A DNA stretch of 64,000 nucleotides. Origin: Entomortierella parvispora E1425. Lineage: Eukaryota; Fungi; Mortierellomycota. The stretch lies in assembly GCA_020891255.1 (NCBI GenBank), contig BQFW01000008.1, forward strand, positions 2,604,001 through 2,668,000. The letters run 5' to 3'. The notes under the pieces were generated by a model. It saw only the letters and a list, made by a program, of their open reading frames with translations. It was not told where the DNA came from and did no database searches. Both the position numbers and the translations under genes were made by a program. Positions 11,747 through 25,674 of the stretch are shown here, piece by piece. Position 1 is the first letter of the stretch. Each line of letters begins with the position of its first letter.

Positions 11747-12004
11747 ATCGCAACGGACTTTATCACATCGTTTGCTTCATCGTAGATCATGTCTGCGCCC
11801 CCCACATACCCCTGCGAGCTCTAGGTCTCATTCATCATTGTTCCAATCTTTTTTTTTTTGCTATTGCTCGCAGACACATTCTTGTATCATAAACAATTCG
11901 GAATTGAATAAAAATAATCCTCATTCCAGCAGTGGCCCTTGTTTTTGGAGTGTAAAAAAAGTTATTGTATTGTGTATCTTTGCAGGGCAGTCCCAACATC
12001 CTGG

Positions 12005-12925
12005 TCAAGGTGCAGCTGGTTGTTTCCTCTTGAGTTCTGATAAAAAGTCTGCGCCTGTGCTCAGGGTACCTGTAATTCAGGACAAAACAAGATTAGAAAA
12101 CTGGTGTCGCCAAGGCATGGTCTTTGAAAGCTGAGGACAGACAGGGTGTCCGTTCGTAGTATACCTTTTGGTGCTACTCCCCATGCCATCGCCTCCGTGC
12201 CTTTGTACATTTCAGTCTTGGCTATTTCCAATGAAGAGATAAAGCATGAGTTTTAGGATCGCCAAAAAATTGTCTTAAGAGTGCGACTCAAGCTTTAAAG
12301 TCCATTGTACCTGAGTTGCCTGCACCAGCCTGGTGAAAACTTTCCTTGGCTGCCTTCCACGCTAGCATACGCGAAGAGATGAAGATGAATTAGCGACCTG
12401 GTATCACTGAGCCCGTAACATAATGAAAGGGTGGCGTATCCTCTGAACATACTTCTGTCAAAATGATTAACAACATCCTGCGAGTTGAAGTTGTTCACCG
12501 GCACATATCCAGAAGAACTACTTGACTTTCCAAGCTCTGGGGTGCCACTGTTCGAGGCGTTTGCTAATTGTCGCAAGAGACCGAGGAAATAAACATCCAG
12601 TCAGTGAAAGTGCAGGTATAACAGGGTGCACATAACCACCAAACGACATTAAGAACCAAAAGTACACTGGGAAGCCTTGCGACGGGGTCCGCTTGCGCCA
12701 GTAGATTGCTTTCTACAAGGTTGCGATGATAGGTATCACACGATAAGAAGGGGTAGCTAGTTAGGAGACGACGGCATTCTAGGTAGATGCTGATCACGGC
12801 GAGCACGTTTGTGGTTGCTCAGGGGTAAATGCCTCGACACGGGCATAATCCTGGTCCTGCAATTGAGGGCTGGCATCCATGTCCTGTGTCGGGAATGAAG
12901 CCTACCTATCTCCAGAGCCTGGCAT
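12005..12925 (-). CDS. Small six-exon protein of unknown function (116 aa)
   Basis: Exons 12925-12906, 12712-12666, 12563-12453, 12361-12311, 12221-12165 and 12069-12005 are joined by five GT-AG introns with consistent phases. Product: MPGSGDRKQSTGASGPRRKASQSNASNSGTPELGKSSSSSGYVPVNNFNSQDVVNHFDRTWKAAKESFHQAGAGNSAKTEMYKGTEAMAWGVAPKGTLSTGADFLSELKRKQPAAP. Confidence 0.8.
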
Positions 12926-13315
12926 TTGTCGGATGGATGCGTTGTTGGCGAAGGGAACAAAGAGAGCGATGCATTGGCATGGGAGGCAGAGATGCAAGGG
13001 GGAGGGGCGTCCGCTTTGTACGTGATTCGCTGCGTACGTGACCAATGGGACCCTTCCCTTTCATTCGTTCGATTCATGTGCATTCATTGCCCAAGAAGAC
13101 ATCCCTTTCTTCACCTCTTTCCTCGTGACAGCTACCTTGCACAGGATCAGCCAGCAGACTCGAGTAGCCTCGGATACAACGCGACTTGACCCTACTGGAC
13201 CAAAAGCCCACTCGAACGTGCACTTCATTGGTCGTTTAGGATCACATCATTCAGAGCGCAATTGTCTCATTGCCACACCTTGACCTAGAAAGTCGTTCCA
13301 TCAAGAGATCTCGCC

Positions 13316-16000
<2,685 letters not shown>

Positions 16001-16878
16001 AGTGATTAAAGACTTTTCCTCAACCATCGCCATGTATCGTATAATTGTAGAGGCGCAACAAAGTAAAATGAAAAAAAAGAGAGAAATACGACACAATGGT
16101 TGACATGGAAAACGTGAAATATTCAGTCCTCTAGTGAAAAAGCTGCATCTGGTGCAGACTTTGTAGAAGATAGACATTGGGTTTATGAGAGCGTGTGGAG
16201 AGGGCCACAAAAGTGAGGAATGTGCGCACTCGGAGGGACCAGCGGGTTGTAAAATGACGCTGCCGTTGTGTGTGTGTGTGCAAGTATGGAGAGCCTGGCA
16301 TGTGCCTGAAAATCGTGCTAAGTTTGCGGGTGGGTGGGCCCAACTCTGATTAGGGACAATTCTACCGCTTGAAATTTCTTGCTGCCAAGGAAGGGTGGCA
16401 CAAGGTACTATTCGCCTCTCTGCGCCAGCCCTGGAGACCAGCGTGTGTTGCAAGGCCTGTCTTCATATTTGATCAAGTGCATCGACCCGTGGGCTTGCTG
16501 CGAAGCAAGCAATTGGCCGATTGGAAGAAACGATCGAAGAAAAAAAAATCCTTTACGCAGCATTTGTCCGTGCGATCCACTGGCTGCACTTTAGTCATTT
16601 TCCTTGACAAAGAAAAGTTCCATGAGTTTTTGAGACGAGCACAGAGATCGAGTCAAGGCTATCTCCTTCTCGGCTCCCTGTGCCCCCGGCTCCCTTTTGT
16701 GGCCAATCTTGGCGAAACACGCGCCGGGAGAATGATCTCCACGGACGACATTCAACCTTCGCTTCTCCAGCCACGACACTTTCCTTCCCCCTGCTCTGCC
16801 CGGCTCCAGCACAGGCACGGTGGACACTGAAAAAAAATATGAGCAGCCGACAAAGTTTTTCGTCTGTCGCCTGTCCAA

Positions 16879-16885
16879 TATAAAA
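16879..16885 (+). promoter_or_regulatory. Putative TATA box of the ceramidase gene
   Basis: TATAAAA about 245 bp upstream of ATG 17130, followed by a CT-rich leader. Confidence 0.4.
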
Positions 16886-16988
16886 GATCGCCTAACTCGG
16901 AGAGGCCCTTTTCGTCTCTTCTTTCTTACTTTCCTTCTCACACTAGCCACCCTTCATTCATTTCTCTCATCCCTCTCCCCTCATCTTC

Positions 16989-17040
16989 TATCTCTCTCTC
17001 TTTATCTGGTTATCTCTCTCTCTTTATCTGGTTATCTCTC
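16989..17040 (+). repeat. Tandem direct repeat, 22-bp unit, about 2.4 copies
   Basis: TATCTCTCTCTCTTTATCTGGT at 16989-17010 and 17011-17032, plus a partial third copy. Confidence 0.85.
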
Positions 17041-17129
17041 AGGATCAACAGGACCAGGAACCAACCACGCGCGCAGACAGCTTTGGTCAACAATTGCAAC
17101 TAGACGATACATAAACATCATAGCAGACA

Positions 17130-18305
17130 ATGGCACCCACAACGGCATCCTTTGACCAGGTCGGATACTGGTCACCCAACACGGCCTCAGTAGACTGGTG
17201 CGAGAGCAATTACGTTGTTACCTACTACATTGCAGAGTAAGGCACCTCGATTCATACCTCGGGATGAGGTGGTCTTGGGATTCCGTAGAGTTTCTCTAAT
17301 CATGTGTTATTTCCTTCGTAGATTCTGGAACTCGGTTTCCAGCTTGTTCATTATTCTTTTGGGAGAACTGGGATTGTATCTTTGCCCGACCAAGGAGCGT
17401 CGATTCAAGGTCGCTTTCAGGACGATTAGCGTGGTTGGCATTGGTTCGGTGCTCTTCCATGGAACCCTTCGTCATAAGATGCAGCTTCTCGGTAAGCTTT
17501 TTCTTTTCTTTTTTTTCATTCTCAGAGACGAGGCTGCAAGCCAGGAAATGCGAGGATTGAGATGATACTCTTGGACAGGGACCGTGAAAGCTCAACTTTT
17601 TTTTGTTGTATTGTTGCCATGTGTATAGATGAGCTGCCAATGATCTACGCCGCCACAGCCCTTGTTTTTATCTGCACAGAAACCAAGTACGGTCCTCAAG
17701 GCCAATGGTTCCCTATCGGTTTGGCAACTTGGCTTGGTAAGTGGCAAATAAATCCCTCGATGCATTCATCTAGGTCTAAAGTGAAGAAGAAGAGAGAAGC
17801 TGACCTTTTTTTTGTTGATGTCTTTGTCGCACACACTTTTTCTCTGTTAGCCGTGACCACAACAGTGGTTTCCATCTTTGGTGGCAAACTTCAGTTCTAC
17901 ACCTTCCAAGCCTCGTTCGGAGTTCTTCAGCTGTCCATCATCTACCTGACCACAACCCTCCACCGACAACAAAAGGCAGTGATCGCAGCCCGTGGAGGCA
18001 CCAACGAGTCGACCTGGTTGATCCAACGAGCCCTGGGCGTGTATTTTTTCGCCGTGACGATCTGGTTGATCGACTTGCATCTCTGCGAATTCATCAACGG
18101 CGTGGGACCAGACTCGGTCTTGCGTTGGAACCCACAGCTCCATGCCTGGTGGCACGTCTTCTCGATCACGGGCGTGTACTTTACCACGCTCTTGGTCGCC
18201 TACCAGCACTATGTCGGCAAGGGATTGTCCCCCAACGTCTACCTCTGGAGGGGATTCGCACCCGCCTTGACGCTCGACGGTGCCTCGCGCAAGAAGGCAT
18301 TGTAG
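17130..18305 (+). CDS. Alkaline (phyto)ceramidase, ACER3/YPC1/YDC1 family, 4 exons
   Basis: Motifs: GYWSPNTASVDWCESNYVVTYYIAE|FWNSVSS, GIGSVLFHGTLR, MQLLDELPMIY, IWLIDLHLC and LHAWWHVFS (CREST metal-binding His/Ser). The C-terminal KKAL fits an ER-retrieval signal. Confidence 0.95.
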
Positions 18306-18443
18306 TTTACTCGAAGAAAAATCTGCAGCACGCAGTTCAGTTGCAACTTGTAATACACTAATTTTTTTGCATACAGTTCTGCACAGCCGTTTTTGTTCTG
18401 CCTGACCTTCCAAATGGCAAAGCAAAAGCTCTCTTTTCTTTGG

Positions 18444-18474
<31 letters not shown>

Positions 18475-18565
18475 TTCTTCTCCTCTTTCTCTTTCTTGCC
18501 AATCCTGCTTCGCCAACCCCCCACTTTCTGTACCCCCCCCCCCCCTCTTTCTCAATTCAACAACC

Positions 18566-19009
18566 ATGTCCGACCCCTCACTCCAGAGTGACTTTAGTAC
18601 AGCACGCTGGGAATCTATACGGGCAATGGTACAACAGACTAATCTGAAGCAAAGTCGAGAACAAGCACATTTGGCCCGTATGCGGGCCCAGGAGGAAGCA
18701 AAGGCCTTGAGAAAAGTGCGACACGAGGCCAAAATGGCGGCTCAGGACCAACAAAAGAGTCGACGGAAGGCTCTTCACCTGGCTCGCATGTATCATCAGG
18801 AACACCGCCCTTTACCCCCTTCCCTCCAGGAATTGGTCAGATCCGCAAAGGCCTCGGCCTCGGGTACGGTATCGGGTTCGACCTTGTCCTCCCGGACACG
18901 GTCTCAACCATCCCACTCTGTGGGGACCTCTAAAGGTTCGACATCTGCTACTGCCCAAAGGTCTCAAACTCCAGAAATCAAAGTGAAAAGAGAGGAGGAT
19001 GACGACTAG
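18566..19009 (+). CDS. Hypothetical basic protein (147 aa), helical N-half and S/T-rich C-half
   Basis: ATG in caaccATG context after a CT-rich leader. Intronless, with a duplicated HLARM motif and an IKVKREEDDD end. Confidence 0.55.
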   Translation: MSDPSLQSDFSTARWESIRAMVQQTNLKQSREQAHLARMRAQEEAKALRKVRHEAKMAAQDQQKSRRKALHLARMYHQEHRPLPPSLQELVRSAKASASGTVSGSTLSSRTRSQPSHSVGTSKGSTSATAQRSQTPEIKVKREEDDD

Positions 19010-19175
19010 GGCTGCGATTGAGTCACTACCACACGAGGCACAGACCTCACAGGAAAAATGTTTGGCCCCTGAGGCCTGTGGTTCAATGTTTCCCATGAAG
19101 GGACGATCATGATGACTGCAATAAATATGAACCAAAAAGTATTTTTTTAATCGGTTTGCGGGACACCTGGTATAC

Positions 19176-20993
<1,818 letters not shown>

Positions 20994-21247
20994 GATTGTC
21001 GTTGTGGTGGTTTATGAAGCGCAATGCCTTTGCATCTTTGAATGCATGGCCCACGCTTCCAAAAAAAAAAAAAAAAAAAAAAAAAATCGCGCACGTGACG
21101 AAAAGGGACGCAAGGCGCAGACGTGTCGGCATGGGCTTTTTGCCGCTTCATTCTCTTGCTCCACACAAAGACTCAGTCGCCAACAGCCAGACCCCCCAAC
21201 CACCAGCACCACCACCACCACCCACAAGGCAGAAACATATTTACATC

Positions 21248-21635
21248 ATGGATAGTAAGAAAGACTCGATGGAGCGTTTTGAAATGAGTTTGATGTCGAG
21301 AAGCTAACCAGGACTCCTTTTGTTTTGGGCGTAGTCGATGACTATGACGAGGACATGATGTTGGACGACGACGAGCTCATCACACCATCGCCTACAGGAG
21401 AGGAAGTCTTTGACGATACCATGGGCCGCTTCATGTCCGGACGCGGTGCACCCAGTGTCAAGATTATTGACAAGAACTTTTTCAATGGTAATGACTACCA
21501 CGCGAGGAATGCAAGAGTCAGCGAAGCAGGGGCGTTGTTGTCTGTTGATTTGATATACTTGGAGTACCTCTAACCACAGGCGCTACTATTTATTCATATG
21601 TAGACTTCCCAGATATCTTTGACGAGGACCTGTAA
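21248..21635 (+). CDS. COPS9: COP9 signalosome subunit 9 / CSNAP (MYEOV2)-like acidic peptide, 63 aa, 3 exons
   Basis: Exons 21248-21254, 21335-21487 and 21604-21635 give MDIDDYDEDMMLDDDELITPSPTGEEVFDDTMGRFMSGRGAPSVKIIDKNFFNDFPDIFDEDL. The C-terminal FFNDFPDIFDEDL matches the F/D-rich CSNAP tail (human DFFNDFEDLFDDDD). Confidence 0.75.
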
Positions 21636-22286
21636 AGGAAGAGGCAACACACAGGAGTTTACGCCACCAAAGTCGACTTTTTTGTCCATGGATTTTGACA
21701 CCAGTGGACATGACCAATAAAATCGTCAAAAAAATGAACATTGTAACATGGTTGCATGGACCTTGAGCCTGGAAGCTTGGCTGTGCGTTCCTCTCCCGTT
21801 GGCAGCATTCCCATCCTTCTGATCTACTTTCAGGTCCGAGGAGTTTTTAGTTGTGACACCATCAAACTGAATCTGGACAATCGTCCATGGGCTGGTTGAG
21901 GCATCGCAGAGCGATATCGTTTCCCTCCTGGGGGTTGACAACTGAACTGAGCCGCGTGCCTCTGTCCTTCAACAGCTTGGACAACTGGACAAAAAAAAAA
22001 AAAAAAAAAGGGTTGACGGACCGCTATGCTCTGCCATTGGGCGCAACCCTTCTTTTTTGGCAAAGCTTATAGCAGTGCCTTTTCGTTTCGGCTCTCGATA
22101 ATTCTTGTCCCGGCTTAGGGTAGAGCACCATGTGTCTGGCTCAATCCCTCTTTGCCGGTTGCTTCGCTTCTTCAATTGCTCTTGTTCTTCCCTTCTTATT
22201 CCTTCTTTCCTTTTTGTTTCCTGTTTCTTCTTGCATCTCTCCTCATTCCTCATCCGTTTTTCTCCTCATTCAACTCAACCTTCGCC

Positions 22287-23234
22287 ATGGCACACCTTCA
22301 AGACCCTATCGCTCCTCACTCGGACAGCCTTTGCCAGATTTTCAATCAAGAGCACCCAGCTACTGTCCTCACGCTTCTCCGATATGTTGCAAGAAATCGC
22401 GCCACCATCTCTACAGATGACCCTATTCTCTCCGCAAAGGTTGTTGAGGTCAACCAGTACGGATTGACCATTGACGGTCGGACCGCTCAAGGAAAGCATA
22501 TCCAGGGTACCATTTCCTTCCCAGGCCCCGTTCACTCCTTGACCTTGGCCACGGAATCCTTCTTGAAGCTCGGCAAGCAGGCTAAGGAATCTCTTTCAAG
22601 CAGAGAGAGTCGAAAGGTACAGTACAAAAAAAAAAAAAAAAAGAAAAGGCAAAGCAAGACAGCGTGGTGTTCAAACGGCTTTTCATAATTGTTGGTGACA
22701 CCCGAACAAAAATCTGCTCTGAGAATCGGGAATGGATGAATGACTCTCGACAGATCTCCTTTCAGGCGCGTTAACCTGTTTCTTTGCTTGCTCTCTTTGT
22801 TATGAAAAACAAAAAAAAAAAAAAAAATACACAACCGTTAGATCCCTGGCCAACCTCCAGGACTTGGCGTCTACTGGCCTCATTGGACCCCGTTCTTGAT
22901 CGCTTTGGCTGTGAGCGTGTCCAGTTTCTTTTTTGTCTACTTCTTCCCCAATGTCTCCATCCAACCCTTCAAGTGGATCAAGGATACTTTTGGGTTGGAG
23001 ACGGTCACGACCTGTGTTCACTTTGCTGTCTTCTTGCACTCGTTCCAGCTGGTCACGGCCTGGTACTTGATGAAGGACGTGGCAAAGTGTTCATTCTCCG
23101 TCAAGCAGGTCTTGATTTGGTCTGTCTGCGTTCAGTTCTTTGGAATCGGATCCATGCTCAAGCTGTTGCCCATTGTCTACAACAGCGCTTATGTCAGCCA
23201 GGAGCTGGAGGAAGAGAACAGTCTCGAGGCTTAA
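22287..23234 (+). CDS. Membrane protein: N-terminal DUF2470-like domain plus C-terminal TMEM254-like transmembrane domain, 2 exons
   Basis: Exons 22287-22616 and 22842-23234 are in frame. The N-domain is ICQIFNQEH-like (LCQIFNQEHPATVLTLLRYV...SAKVVEVNQYGLTI...ISFPGP). The C-domain has three hydrophobic segments with LHSFQLVTAW and WSVCVQFFGIGSM. Confidence 0.7.
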
Positions 23235-25534
23235 GGCTCGAAAGAGAACATTACAAAAAACCCACGGTAGATATGAAATAAAATAATAAACATGGAAAAG
23301 AACCAAGATTGTTCCCTCAAGAGGAAGGAAGGTCAGTCTTGATAGGAGAGGAGGCGAATTTGTACTTTGTATGTAAAAAAGTGTCGATCTGAGAAGGAAA
23401 AGTAGAGGGGAGAAAATGTTCTTGAAAAACCAGACCAGAGCCCGATCGACAGATCGAAAAACGACTTTGATAGTGGATATTTATCTTGCATGTTGGAAGC
23501 CACCGCCACATATCCTCGTTTGCAACATTTTTTTTTTGATTGACAGCGAGGGCAAAACCACTCAGGGGTAAATAGCTCCCTTAGTTTATAACAGTAAGCG
23601 AGAAGTTTGTAGGATAAATAATCACATGATAGTTTATTCAAAGTCTTTTTTTTATAGCGACGGCCACCCCTTCACATTCTTGACACTAGGCCCGGCTCAA
23701 CGAGAATGTCATGAATATGGGAGTGAGAAGGTGCAATATAAATCCTCAAGGAATAGCGCGCGTGCTGGTATGGGATGTACGACGGAGAAAAAAAAAGGAC
23801 AAGGAGGTTTTCTAACTTTTTTTTTTTGAGCAACATACCCTCATGCGATATTAAAGCTTGACCCACCCAGAGAGCAGGCAGATCTGCCCAGCAAGGAAGG
23901 AACCAAAGACGATGTTTTTACGGGAAACGGTACAGTAAGGATAATAAAAATAGCGCGCTCCGCGCTCGAAATATGGTCGCGCTTGCAAATAATCAACTGT
24001 GGGAGCCAGAAATTCATTTTTTGAGAGCCAGAAATAGGTCAACGGTGGGGTCTTGAACGCGACTTTTTGTCTGCATAATCAGCTTGAAGGAACAACCATT
24101 GGAGGCGCATCAAAGAGAAACAGAAGCCGGGGGGGTGCAAAAGGAGTGCGGTGGTGGCTGTTTGTCGGTTGCAGTAGCAAAGATGGGCTTTGGGCACGGG
24201 GTGGGCTGAGCTGGAGGCGCGAGGAATAAAAGAAATTGGCTGTGAGAATTATAAAGGCAAGCAAAAGAAAGTAGACAAAAAAGGTGTCATGAGCGCGCAC
24301 ACATGGAAGGGTCCATGGGGATGGGGTTCCCCGTCATTGAGTCAGACACGAAAGGATGCAGAAGTGGAGACTGATTAGGGCACGGGCAGCATGACACCCG
24401 GGGCATCGATGAGGGATGAGTCGGATGGCAGGGGCTGGGCGGGAGGGAGAGACAATCGAATCGTTCGAATGGTTCCCCCGGCCAGATTGAACCCAATAAC
24501 AGGCCGCCGTCAGGGCACTCATAGCTGTGAGGCTGTGAGAATGAGAGAAGGAGATAGGATGACCCCACATCAGACCTCTTCTGACAACCCGCGCGTTTCT
24601 GTCGACTTCTTTTCTCCTTTTCTCTCCTTCTCTCCTTCTCTTCTTCTTTTTCTCTCTTCTTCCTTCTCAATTCAATTGCTCCCCATTCATTCTCACGCTT
24701 CGCACTCTCTCTACTCTCTTTTTGTCCGTTCCTATTCCCCTTGACCCTCTCCTACACCGGCCCATATACCTTTCCCTCCCTTGGCCCAGTCATTCTCCAC
24801 CTCAGACCTACACGAGTGGTAAGAGCAATGACGAGCTGATCAGGCCAAAGCTCGAGTCCAGGAGACGACTCAGGATAATGGACACAGGCATGCCACGCCA
24901 TCCCAACGACGACCATCACCCTCCCCCTATCTGACCACGCGGCACAACGCGCGACCTTTGATTGCGACCCCCTTGGACAATGGAGACAATCACCCAACCC
25001 CATCGTGCGACCTTTGCAATCAGTCAGTTCAGACGGACTGACTGACTGCCTGGCTGACTGACTGTGCGCCAGATCATTTCCCTTGCCCCTCCCTTCCCTT
25101 GCCCCCATGGACGCGCCGCACCCGACAAACCCGCAACCCGCAACCCGCAACCACCTGCACACCTCACTTTGCACCCCCGCACGCCAGTTCTCCCACGGAA
25201 ACTATTGGCCACCTTGACCATTATTATGCACTTTTTCGTACTCTTGCAAGCCAATCCCCCCAGACGACTGACTGAATCCTTATCGCTGTTGTCCTTCTCT
25301 TCATGTCTTTTCTCTCCTTCCCCTTCCTGCCCTTTCTTTCCCTTTCCTGCTTGCATGAACGGTGTAAAACTATTTCCACCCTCTCCAGCTTCAGCTCCCG
25401 CCCTTTCGCCCTTCTCAACTCTCCCTCTCCCTCTCTCTCTCTCTCTCGCTCTGTCCCCTTTCCTCACCGTCCACCTCGATACATTCCCCGTTACATAGTC
25501 TCTCCTTCCCGCGCTCTCACTCTCCCGTCAAGAT

Positions 25535-25642
25535 ATGTCAGATTCCAAGCTGTTGGCACCTACCTCGTCTGCTCAGGAGCAGAGTCACCACATTGCAGAT
25601 CAAGAACGGGCCCACCGCTTTGCCCTCTCTCTGTTTCGAGAT

Positions 25643-25674
<32 letters not shown>

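Noticed and set aside
23333-23641. ORF with WFCPRC resembling the end of a PHD finger
   Set aside because: No upstream Cys/His ligands, no ATG start, and no convincing splice partner.
25127-25153. (AACCCGC)n heptamer repeat, superficially telomere-like
   Set aside because: Only 3-4 copies and not TTAGGG-type. An ordinary minisatellite.
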